A DNA stretch of 64,000 nucleotides from an uncultured Nitrososphaerales archaeon. Its GTDB lineage: Archaea; Thermoproteota; Nitrososphaeria; Nitrososphaerales; Nitrososphaeraceae. A model generated the notes under the pieces. It saw only the letters and a list, made by a program, of their open reading frames with translations, was not told the DNA's origin and did not search any database. Both the position numbers and the translations under genes were made by a program. Numbering within the stretch: the first letter of the stretch is position 1; each line of letters opens with the position of its first letter. The DNA is taken from assembly GCA_963695855.1 (NCBI GenBank), contig CAVOHZ010000008.1, forward strand, positions 192,001-256,000, written 5' to 3'. Of the stretch, positions 31,292 through 40,915 are shown piece by piece.

Positions 31292-31522
31292 TTATTTTTT
31301 CTTATCAAAAACCCAGTCCTCTATCAGACGGACTATTACATCATTGTTACGTCTTGTACCAAATTTTTCAATTACTTTCATACAGAATTTTTTATAGAGT
31401 TCTACATCTATTGCTACCGTTGTATGCGTTTTATTGCTATTATTACTTTTGTTGGTATTCATACTTGTATTTGTATTTGTATTAGCCATTTTAATATATA
31501 TACATGAACATACATATATCAT
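31292..31522 (-). CDS. ribbon-helix-helix (CopG-like) protein
   Basis: HTTVAIDVELYKKF...NDVIVRLIEDWV; real start probably the M of MANTN. Confidence 0.65.
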   Translation of the reverse strand: MIYVCSCIYIKMANTNTNTSMNTNKSNNSNKTHTTVAIDVELYKKFCMKVIEKFGTRRNNDVIVRLIEDWVFDKKK

Positions 31523-32103
31523 CAGATATATATTTCCATCTTTAATTTCATAACCATATCATATAACTTGGTGCGTTCATCAGGACTAATATACCAGTTG
31601 TAAGGCTGGTCAGTTACTATATCGATAATCATATCAACAAGTACATTTTCGTTAAAAATTTTAGCAATTATTCGTAGATCATAGATATAGTCCTTACTTA
31701 AATTGAAATCACGATGAAGTGCTTCATCATAATTTGTAATAAAAAAGTCATGTTCGATTTGTTGATTAAATTTGTATATAATAGTAGCTAACTCATAATA
31801 TAAAGAGCTGGGTAAGTTACGATATTTTCTTTGATCATTCTTTCCATAAAAAAGATCTTTTATTTGTTCAACAACCTTAAAATATAACTTTTTGAAATCT
31901 TCTACTTTTTTATTACTGTTATCTTTAGATTCAAATTCAAAATAATAGATGGCATCTAACATTACACTCCGCTTTGTTCCATGTATATCTTGGACTTGTA
32001 CTATTTTTACAGGAATTTTTTTCACTTTACTAAATCCATATCTTATGAAGTATCTTTTCAAAGAGTTGTAATGTAGCTGATTCATCCATTGGTTCTTCAT
32101 CAT
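31522..32103 (-). CDS. hypothetical protein, weak DUF1016-N-like resemblance
   Basis: LYYELATII...LHRDFNLSKDYIYDLRIIAKIF. Confidence 0.55.
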   Translation of the reverse strand: MMKNQWMNQLHYNSLKRYFIRYGFSKVKKIPVKIVQVQDIHGTKRSVMLDAIYYFEFESKDNSNKKVEDFKKLYFKVVEQIKDLFYGKNDQRKYRNLPSSLYYELATIIYKFNQQIEHDFFITNYDEALHRDFNLSKDYIYDLRIIAKIFNENVLVDMIIDIVTDQPYNWYISPDERTKLYDMVMKLKMEIYI

Positions 32104-32301
32104 TTTTATTTTTTATTAATGTAGAAATTATTACCCGTATAACATTATATTTCTCTATTGATCCATTATTTACAACAAGTTTTGAAAATTTATGTCCTGA
32201 ATTATAGATAATACCTTTGGTATCAGTATAAAATTAGTAGTTTAATAGAATTTGCAGATCCATGAATAATTTTAAATTATATAATTATGTGTGTATAATA
32301 T

Positions 32302-32799
32302 TTGAAAAATAACGCTCTTAAATTAAGAACTATTATAAAAAATATCGGGGATGTAGGAGACCTAAATTCTGATACACTGATTAAAATTTCCTATGATCTC
32401 TTTAAATCTGTAAAATTCTGTGTATGTGTTAATGTCGAAAATCCAGTATTAACCGAAGATCATTCCATCGAACATACATGTAAAAAATTCAATCATCATG
32501 ACTCCGAACATGCTCCTTTATGTGAGTGCTGTCAAACGAACATGTTGACATATTATCTTGGAAAATGTATTGATCAATTGGATTATGAGGATAAACTCAT
32601 AAAATATAATAATCCTATATTATCTTCTTACAGAATTGCAACAAGAACTTATGGTTTTACAAGAAATAAATCGATTATACAATTTAGAATTTTGAGACAT
32701 CACAATGCCTGGAATGATCCTGAAAATATGTCTATTGGAGAGGAGATTCATGAATTTGATTTCGAAAAAATTAGCCTAAAAAAATTGGATGATTTTTAG
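32302..32799 (+). CDS. Cys/His-rich hypothetical protein
   Basis: CVC, HTC and CECC motifs. Confidence 0.6.
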   Translation: MKNNALKLRTIIKNIGDVGDLNSDTLIKISYDLFKSVKFCVCVNVENPVLTEDHSIEHTCKKFNHHDSEHAPLCECCQTNMLTYYLGKCIDQLDYEDKLIKYNNPILSSYRIATRTYGFTRNKSIIQFRILRHHNAWNDPENMSIGEEIHEFDFEKISLKKLDDF

Positions 32800-32863
32800 T
32801 CTGTGTTAAATAGGAAAATTCAAGGGAAATATAACTAAATCTACTGAAAATGATCTAAAGAAA

Positions 32864-33148
32864 ATGTTTAACGATGGAGATGAAAATGAATTCAAATTGG
32901 GTATCATATCGAATTTTGAAATTAGGAAAAGAACGATAGTATATTTCACTTATCATGTTGTAAAAAATTTAATACATTTTAACGATGATCATTATAAGCT
33001 CCTAAATTTAATTGAAAAGTGTATTGATGAAACAACTGATAAAAATTTGTCAAGGGTAAAATCAAAAGCAGAGACAATGTTGGATTATAACAAAACTTAT
33101 TTACTGGAATATACTCAACATATGTTAAATAATACTTCAATACCATGA
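32864..33148 (+). CDS. hypothetical protein whose 3' end runs into the inverted-repeat boundary
   Basis: 94-aa ORF; its stop lies inside the duplicated segment. Confidence 0.5.
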   Translation: MFNDGDENEFKLGIISNFEIRKRTIVYFTYHVVKNLIHFNDDHYKLLNLIEKCIDETTDKNLSRVKSKAETMLDYNKTYLLEYTQHMLNNTSIP

Positions 33149-33691
33149 TATTGATCTTTAATTTTTGGAAAAGCGTTATTCATGATTTAGAAAGGCTGGC
33201 AGATTTTGCTAATATACTTCCTCATGCATTTTTAAAATTTCTAGGTCTAGCCTATTTAATTGTTTATTGAGATTACATATTTTTCCTTTAATATCCATGA
33301 GTTATAAGATATTAATTAAAAATGTTTTAGACCAGAAAAAGGAAAAAGATACAGTATTAAAAGGAAAATGATCTGATAATTCATTAGTTAATTTTAATGC
33401 TATTCACCTATCAGTAATATTTGGAGTTTCAATGCCATAAACATTCAAATTCGTCAATTGGCAAATCTAATTCCTTTTGTAGTTTCTGTATAATTTTAGC
33501 GTATTTGATTTCTTTATAATATTCTCCTTTAGCTCTAGCTATCCAATATCCTACCCAAGCCTTATGTATTGCCCCCCATGCTTGGTTTTCATAATATCCT
33601 GAAGATAGCATTCTAGAATATCTGCGGCCATATTTGTAGCCTTTATAGGGGTCCCATCTTTTTAATTTTACAAACTTGTCAAAAGTGAATC
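33139..33691 (-). repeat. inverted copy of 2707-3258
   Basis: Direct comparison. Confidence 0.92.
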
Positions 33692-33710
33692 GGTATTTGT
33701 GAGATCTCAC
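33429..33710 (-). CDS. 93-aa aromatic/basic hypothetical protein, the intact member of a 3-copy family
   Basis: NQAWGAIHKAWVGY...KYAKIIQKLQKEL. Confidence 0.78.
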   Translation of the reverse strand: MRSHKYRFTFDKFVKLKRWDPYKGYKYGRRYSRMLSSGYYENQAWGAIHKAWVGYWIARAKGEYYKEIKYAKIIQKLQKELDLPIDEFECLWH

Positions 33711-34011
33711 ATAATATTTTAGTCTCTTTAAACTATTTATAATTTAAAAGTTTTGTAAGGAAAAATATTCAATTCTAAATCTATTATATTTCTTGCAATA
33801 TTTATAACATTTTAGAAATTTGAAGACAGAAGTGGTAATATACTTCCTCATGAGTTTTCAAGATTTATAAATGTTCCCTACCTAATTTCATAGCTTCATT
33901 AAAGAGAACTTATTTTCCTTTTAACACATACTAATAGTCATAAAATTGATAAATTATTATAATAATTATCTTCTCATCTGTTTATCACTGAATATACAAG
34001 ATAAAAAAAAG

Positions 34012-35097
34012 TTATTGGTTGGGATAAGGCATACTTGTTTCCAACATATATTCTTCCATTGCTTTTTCTCTTTGTTTAACTATTTTTTCAATATCAAGTT
34101 CATCATATCCTTCAGCTAATTCATTATTGACAGTAACTACTTCCACATTGACATTTTCGTAAGGAGGTCCAATTCCAATTCTATTAGGTAAATACTTTAC
34201 GTCTTCTTCAGTAGTAATTAAGCTTCCTGGTGGAACAAATTTATTATCTGGGATTTCTACTCCACCGGTTATAGTACTACCAACTCCAACAGAAACATGA
34301 TTTCCTACTTTTGCATTAAATATTAAACTCTCCATTCCAACAAATGTATCATGTCCTACATATGCAGGCCCATGAACAAGTGTTCCATGTGCTAAACTAG
34401 TTCTTTCACCTACAAATACTGCATAACCTTCTTCAAATCCTGGATCATTACCTTTTAATAATTCACCTTCTGCACTAAAACGTCTATCATCTAGATTTAT
34501 TCCATTTTTGGTTGTTTCTAAGGCATGAATAACTACATCATCTTGTACATTTGAGAAAGCAGAGATATGGATAGGTGTGCCTTCATCTCCTCTGCAAACA
34601 GCAGTGGGAGCTACCATTACTTGTTCACCAATAGAACATGCTCCAATTACTACAGCAAATGGATGAATGAATGCAGTATCTTCAATTTCAGGAAAAGCAA
34701 CAGTTGGATTAAAATCTGTAAGGACATTTTGATGAATATTAGGCCAATTATCATATCCATCATATGATCTCTCTTTCATGTAATCATTATGTCGCTTGTA
34801 GTCATCATATCCATCATATGATCTCTCTTTCATGTAATCATTATGTCGCTTGTAGTCATCATATCCATCATATGATCTCTCTTTCATGTAATCATTATGT
34901 CGCTTGTAGTCATCATATCCATCATATGATCTCTCTTTCATGTAATCATTATGTCGCTTGTAGTCATCATATCCATCTTCTGCTGCGTTTGCTCCTACAA
35001 TCAATGAAGGAGATGCTATGACAATAATTCCTGCTAATAAAATACTAGCTAAAAATATTGCACTAGTTCTTTTTACTGATACTATTCTATTATTCAC
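34012..35097 (-). CDS. secreted gamma-class carbonic anhydrase (Cam-like) with a repeat linker
   Basis: Hexapeptide beta-helix; RGDEG, NVQD, VIHALET and LAHGTLVHGP supply the Zn-binding His; signal peptide. Confidence 0.92.
   Translation of the reverse strand: MNNRIVSVKRTSAIFLASILLAGIIVIASPSLIVGANAAEDGYDDYKRHNDYMKERSYDGYDDYKRHNDYMKERSYDGYDDYKRHNDYMKERSYDGYDDYKRHNDYMKERSYDGYDNWPNIHQNVLTDFNPTVAFPEIEDTAFIHPFAVVIGACSIGEQVMVAPTAVCRGDEGTPIHISAFSNVQDDVVIHALETTKNGINLDDRRFSAEGELLKGNDPGFEEGYAVFVGERTSLAHGTLVHGPAYVGHDTFVGMESLIFNAKVGNHVSVGVGSTITGGVEIPDNKFVPPGSLITTEEDVKYLPNRIGIGPPYENVNVEVVTVNNELAEGYDELDIEKIVKQREKAMEEYMLETSMPYPNQ
34751..34977. repeat. 54-bp coding tandem repeat x4.2
   Basis: Encodes DGYDDYKRHNDYMKERSY x4, identical at the nucleotide level. 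Confidence 0.95.
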
Positions 35098-35433
35098 TAT
35101 TCAAATATATTGTCTTTATTATATTTGACGTACGATAGATGAATAAAGATTCTTTGAATACAAAGTTCTAATAGTTGATTTTTTAAATATATCTACAATA
35201 AGATAAATATAGTGAACTATTATAGACATTTATTGAATATAAATCAGTAGGAAAATTTGTAGTCTCAATAAATACCAATAACAATTCTATAATAAGAGTT
35301 TAATGCAGAGAGACTTCTTGTATTTATTACGAACTCAAATGTTAAATGGATAGGCTTTATAATTATCTTTCGGGAAATAATTATTAAAAAACCAAATATA
35401 GATTTCGGCCCTGTTAACTTTAGGATAAAATAA

Positions 35434-36360
35434 GGTAATACCTACATAGTTGGAGCAGATTTTATCATTAATTTTGATAATTCATAGAAAATATCCTTCT
35501 CCCTGTTATTGAATCTGAATTCTATCTCTTTTAGATATACATGAAAATACTGTTTAGGTACTCCCCTGTAATGATACAACCATGTCTTGGCATAACTCCA
35601 GAATCCTTCAATTCTATTAATATGGGTATCTTCTCTTACATATTCATCTCTTCCATGTGCAACGACTTGATGTTTTCCAATCATATTCAACATTGCATAT
35701 GCAGTATGGTCATCAGAATAGTACAACGATCCTTTCTTGGTATATTGTTTTATCAAGGGAATAAGTGTCTCATGTTTTCTATCAGATACTGGAAATGTAA
35801 TAACAATTCCATTTCTCTTGTAGATACCAAATACCAGATTTTTGTGCTCAATTACACCCCATCCTCTCTTGCCACCTTTTCTATAACCACCAAATAACGC
35901 TTCATCAATTTCAATCTCACCAGATAACTTTAATTCATGTAGTTGTTGTAGCGATTTATCATATATCGTTTGTCTAAATAATCGAAATGTTCTTTCTATT
36001 GTTGATAGATCACATGATACATAAAATCTAATTCTATATGCAGGTACTCCTAATGTAAATAGATAAAGTAAGTGTATGATATTGCTAAGCGATGTTCGTA
36101 TCTGTCCGAGATATGTACCTGTAAATTCACTAAAATTATATCTGCAACGTTTACAGCCATACCTATTTGATTTCAGATAATATAGAAGTCTATACCTACA
36201 TCTAGGACATATTCTTTTTCCATTCCATCTAAGATTACGAAAATATATACTACTTTTCTTATCGCTTGATGCTAGGTCTATTGGATCATATTTACGCACA
36301 AATATGTATAAAATAACATATCATGTGTTTATTTTTTGCTCCAAATGTACAGGTATTACC
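35434..36360 (-). mobile_element. IS1595-family element with an intact transposase (35442..36299)
   Basis: N-terminal CPRC/CKRC, EIDE, YSDD, HINRIEGFWS and YLKEIEFRFN; TIRs GGTAATACCT / AGGTATTACC. Confidence 0.92.
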
Positions 36361-36588
36361 TTGTTAAATGATATTAGTAATCCTTCTTTTATCTTATTTA
36401 TCATATTTTTTCAAAAAATCTCTAGAGTATACTGGTGTCCACAATAAATTAATTTCAGTTTGTGATAGTAAAGTGATAAAGCTACTAGTACGAATTTGGA
36501 ATTTCTTATATTGCTGTTGTAAATATATACAAACCATGCAATGCTATATTTCCTCTGTTAATGACATGCATTTCTCTGGTGTGTAAAT

Positions 36589-37485
36589 GTGATTAGGTCT
36601 GATACTATAACAAATTACTTGACTTTCATAAGGTTGCCAAATATTTTTACCACTATACCAAATATCCTTGTTGGATATTTTCTATTTACTAATATAAAGG
36701 ATACAAATTATATTGATCTGTTTTTATTGATATCTATTTCTATTTTATTGTATATTGGAGGAATAGTTTTAAATGATTATGTAGACTTAAAAAAAGATAA
36801 AAAAGAAAGACCATCACGACCTCTTCCTTCAAACAAAATTCCAAAGAAAAATGCTCTCTATATTTACATTATATCTATTTCATCTTCGTTAATTTTATCT
36901 ATATTTACAGGTGTCACTGGCTTTTTGATAACAGTTATAATAATTGTTCTAATTTTTATCTATAATTTATACTCAAAAGAAAGATCACTGGGACCTGTAA
37001 ATATGGGATTGATACGAAGTTTGAACGTTCTATTAGGTTCTAGCATTTCTTTTTCCTTGTTTGATTTACAATTTACTAGCCTCAAGTTTATTATTATCCT
37101 CTTTTTTGAATTTTTATATGTTTTTGTAATTACATTCACAAGCAGAAACGAAGTCAAAATAGATTCTACAGAGAATCACTTTCTGTTATCATTTTCTATA
37201 ATTTATTTAATAATATTTTCAATATTGTTTTTAATTTTTATTGACATCTTTAACTTTGATTCAATAATAAATACCATAATATTTACAGTTGCTATAGTTT
37301 ATTCACATCTATATTTCTATAAAAATAAAATCTCAATACAAAAATTAATATCATTTCTCATAATTTTTATGGTTATATACGATTCAATTTTTATCGCCGA
37401 AAGCATAGGATATTTATATGGATCCACCGTACTTCTTTTAATACCTCTTATTATATTTCTTGGGAAAAAGATGTATATGACATAG
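36589..37485 (+). CDS. UbiA-family prenyltransferase (EboC-like)
   Basis: RLPNIFT, LNDYVD..KD..ERPSRPLPS and MGLIRSLNVLLG. Confidence 0.88.
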   Translation: MIRSDTITNYLTFIRLPNIFTTIPNILVGYFLFTNIKDTNYIDLFLLISISILLYIGGIVLNDYVDLKKDKKERPSRPLPSNKIPKKNALYIYIISISSSLILSIFTGVTGFLITVIIIVLIFIYNLYSKERSLGPVNMGLIRSLNVLLGSSISFSLFDLQFTSLKFIIILFFEFLYVFVITFTSRNEVKIDSTENHFLLSFSIIYLIIFSILFLIFIDIFNFDSIINTIIFTVAIVYSHLYFYKNKISIQKLISFLIIFMVIYDSIFIAESIGYLYGSTVLLLIPLIIFLGKKMYMT

Positions 37486-37590
37486 CTTTTTTTATTTTTA
37501 GTATCCAATACAGGACACATTTTATAGAAAATATTCATTTTTAAACCATATTCTTTAAATCTAGTAACACCCAGATACTAATACAAATTC

Positions 37591-38922
37591 ATGAAAAGAC
37601 ATACCATAGTTATTGATATAGTTGGATTAGAAGAAAAACATCTTGCTTCGAACTATCTTCCCGCAATAAACAATTTTGCAAGCCTTGGAGAATATTGCAA
37701 ACTAAAACCTGTATTTCCAGCAGTTACCAGTTCCGTACAGACTAGCTTCTTAACTGGTGAATATCCAAACAGCCATGGAATTGTATCAAACGGTTTTATG
37801 GATCGTAATACATATAATGTGTTATTTTGGGAACAATATTCTTCATTAGTTCAAGCTCCGAGGATATGGGACTTTATAAAGAAAAGAGATCCTAACTTAA
37901 ATACCTCAGTACTTTTTTGGCAGAATACCCTATATGCAAATTCAGATGTTATAATAACTCCAAAACCCATCCATTTAGAAGATGAGATGATCATGTGGTG
38001 TTATTCAAAACCTGTTGGTTATTATGAAGAGATTGCGAAAAAAATTGGTAATTTCGATTTATCAAAATACTGGGGACCATTCGCATCACACTTATCTAGT
38101 GAATGGATTTGTAATGCAACTCAATATACCATCGAAAAATATAAACCCAATCTGCTGTTTACATATATTCCTCATGTTGATTATTCAGCTCAAAGATTTG
38201 GAAAAGATAGTAGTGAAGTTCATAACGATCTAGTAAAGGCTGATAGGCTTGTTGAAAGGATTATCGAATCTACAAAAAACGTTGGAATCTACGATAATAC
38301 TCAATTTGTAATTTTTTCAGAATATTCTTTTAATGATGTTAACAATGCTATCCCTATCAATTTAGTTCTTAGGGATAGTTCTATGCTAAATGTTAGAGAG
38401 ATAAATGGGAAAGAATACGTAGATTTTGAATTCAGTAAAGCATTTGCGGTAGTTGATCATCAAGTTGCTAATATTTATATTAAATCTAGTCAAGAATTCA
38501 GCAACGTATTAAAAATACTTCAAAATATTCCTGATATAGAAATAATAATAACTAATGAAGAGAAAAAATTTTATAATATTAACCATGAACGGACAGGGGA
38601 TATCATAGCAGTTTCAAAACGTAATAAATGGTTTAGTTACTACTGGTGGTATGACAAGGAACGTGCACCAGATTTTGCTAAACATGTGGATATCCATAGA
38701 AAACCAGGTTATGATCCACTCGAATTATTTATTAATCCTCAAACCAAATCTATTCCATTTGAAACCAATTTGATTAAAGGTTCACATGGACGACCGTTCA
38801 ATCCCCAAACTTTGGAAGGTTATTCACTTTATGTTTCTAACGTTAAATCTGGTATTCAAAAGGACTCTGAAAATGCCATCAACGTGGTAGATATTGGAAA
38901 ATATTTGATTGGTTCTATCTAA
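37591..38922 (+). CDS. alkaline phosphatase superfamily nucleotide pyrophosphatase (EboF-like)
   Basis: IDIVGL, FPAVT, YIPHVDY, VDIHRKPGYDPLELF and KGSHG. Confidence 0.9.
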   Translation: MKRHTIVIDIVGLEEKHLASNYLPAINNFASLGEYCKLKPVFPAVTSSVQTSFLTGEYPNSHGIVSNGFMDRNTYNVLFWEQYSSLVQAPRIWDFIKKRDPNLNTSVLFWQNTLYANSDVIITPKPIHLEDEMIMWCYSKPVGYYEEIAKKIGNFDLSKYWGPFASHLSSEWICNATQYTIEKYKPNLLFTYIPHVDYSAQRFGKDSSEVHNDLVKADRLVERIIESTKNVGIYDNTQFVIFSEYSFNDVNNAIPINLVLRDSSMLNVREINGKEYVDFEFSKAFAVVDHQVANIYIKSSQEFSNVLKILQNIPDIEIIITNEEKKFYNINHERTGDIIAVSKRNKWFSYYWWYDKERAPDFAKHVDIHRKPGYDPLELFINPQTKSIPFETNLIKGSHGRPFNPQTLEGYSLYVSNVKSGIQKDSENAINVVDIGKYLIGSI

Positions 38923-38931
38923 ACAAATTAT

Positions 38932-39789
38932 ATGGTGCTATATTTGATAAATTATTGCATAACACTCAATTCATTCCATGATAGTCAATCACTCGAGAAA
39001 ATTCTGGAAAATCTAGTGAGATGTAATTATGATGGAATAGAAATTGAGGGAACCCCAAATCAATTTTCTTGGAAACAATATCTGGATAACATAAAGTCCT
39101 ATAATTTACCAGTAATCGGGGTAACCGGAGCGTGGACAAAAAGAGATATGGAGAATGGACATAATCCCGTTCTTCTCACAAATGATTATAATAAATTATC
39201 ATATTCAATAACATATATCCAAAATTGTATTAAAATGTGTAACTATCTAGGTGGAAACTTATTTAATATCTGTTTGTTATCTGATTATTCAGAATCACAA
39301 GATTTCAATCATACATATATTTCTACCCGAGAAAAAAAGAAATCTTTGCAACAAATAACGTCAATTTTATCAGATCTATCAAAATTCGCCCAACAATATG
39401 GCGTATATCTCTTATTAGAACCCTTGAATAGATATTCGACACCTTATTTTGTTCAAGCAAATGATGCTATAGAACTTTCTTCAAAGATCAATCATGACCA
39501 CTTGCTCTTGTTATTAGATACATATCACATGAATATTGAGGAAAAAAAATTTTCTGAAGCAATCAATCACAGTAAAAAATTTCTAAAACACATTCACTTA
39601 TCAGATAACAATAGACTAATGCCAGGACGAGGCCATATAGATTTTGACTTGATAATAAAATCATTAAAGAATATTAATTACAAAAATAAAATCAGTTTTG
39701 AAATTATTCTCCCTCGTAAAAACTATATACCAGATCTTAAATATGGCCTTAATTATATAAAAAAAATCTCAAAAAAATACGATTTATGA
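38932..39789 (+). CDS. sugar phosphate isomerase/epimerase (xylose-isomerase-like TIM barrel)
   Basis: EPLNRY, DTYHMNIEE and HIHLSDNNR.PG.G. Confidence 0.88.
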   Translation: MVLYLINYCITLNSFHDSQSLEKILENLVRCNYDGIEIEGTPNQFSWKQYLDNIKSYNLPVIGVTGAWTKRDMENGHNPVLLTNDYNKLSYSITYIQNCIKMCNYLGGNLFNICLLSDYSESQDFNHTYISTREKKKSLQQITSILSDLSKFAQQYGVYLLLEPLNRYSTPYFVQANDAIELSSKINHDHLLLLLDTYHMNIEEKKFSEAINHSKKFLKHIHLSDNNRLMPGRGHIDFDLIIKSLKNINYKNKISFEIILPRKNYIPDLKYGLNYIKKISKKYDL

Positions 39790-39856
39790 CAAACAATCGT
39801 TTAAACGATTCCCCTAAAGATTTCAATACAATACTTTACTTCCAAATTTATTGATC

Positions 39857-40795
39857 CTAGAAATGTTTTTTCAAATCTTCCTGCCAAGCAATTAAACTGT
39901 TCATATCCGAGGTTACATAATCCGGATTGAGGTCTTTTGCAATCGACAGAATTTCTCGTTTAACAAATAGGATTATCTTGATTTCTTCAGTCAATTTATT
40001 TTTTAAAAATTTCGCAGTTGTAAATAGAAATCGAAGAGAAGTTTCTTCTGAGGAAAAGATAAAAATATTCTTTAATCCTTTTTTACGATCCCATAATTTG
40101 GTCATATATCTTTGAATGTCTATATCAAAAAAAGGATCTATATGTTGTTCTATATTTCCTATATAAATAGTATGAAGTCCTATTATTTCAGATGCTATTG
40201 AAGCAATTTTAGAATTATATGTTTGATCTTCATTTCCAGCTATGAATATATTATATACACTATAATTAGCTGTTTCTCTATGATAATGCTGCGAGAGTAA
40301 AATCATCAAGTCAAATAATTGGTTATTTAACGAAATTAATTCTGTTTCTCCTAATCTTCCTCGATTGTAAATCTCATTCAAAGTATTAAAAGAAGGAATA
40401 AAAATCTCTTTGATTATTCTAATAATATCCCTATCTGAATAAATAGTACTTAATAATATTTTACCTGTTTCGTTCTTATTATTACCTAATAGTGCAGTAA
40501 TAAAATTTTGTTGTATCTGCAAATAATTTAAAGGAAGTTCTAATTCCATCACGCCCGGTTCCAATGTCCAAATATTTACCGAACCAATTTTCTTTCTTTT
40601 AATTAATCCTATTACTGCCAAAATGTTAAGATATTTCGTTATGGTCATTCGATTTACATGAATGGCATTAGCTAATTCAACACTAGACATGCCTGCATCA
40701 TTCATTTTCAGACTTTCAATAACTTTATGTTTAATTTCATCAATTGTATATCTTCTATACAATAATCTAAGATTATTGATAGAATACAAAAACAT
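39857..40795 (-). CDS. HTH transcription regulator with a degenerate B12-binding-like domain
   Basis: N-terminal wHTH, helical cap (IFIPSFNTLNEIYNRGRL) and a Rossmann-like C-terminus. Confidence 0.7.
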   Translation of the reverse strand: MFLYSINNLRLLYRRYTIDEIKHKVIESLKMNDAGMSSVELANAIHVNRMTITKYLNILAVIGLIKRKKIGSVNIWTLEPGVMELELPLNYLQIQQNFITALLGNNKNETGKILLSTIYSDRDIIRIIKEIFIPSFNTLNEIYNRGRLGETELISLNNQLFDLMILLSQHYHRETANYSVYNIFIAGNEDQTYNSKIASIASEIIGLHTIYIGNIEQHIDPFFDIDIQRYMTKLWDRKKGLKNIFIFSSEETSLRFLFTTAKFLKNKLTEEIKIILFVKREILSIAKDLNPDYVTSDMNSLIAWQEDLKKHF

Positions 40796-40915
40796 TTAGC
40801 ATGTTCACTCAATTTTACAAACAGTACATCATATTCTTTAGTATCTGATTCTAGCATCTGATTCTAGTATCACCAAAAAGTTTAAATTTAATGTAATTAT
40901 TGGCATCGCCTGACT

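Noticed and set aside
40839-40870. 13-bp direct repeat ATCTGATTCTAG(C/T) upstream of argG
   Set aside because: Too short to distinguish an operator from a slippage duplication
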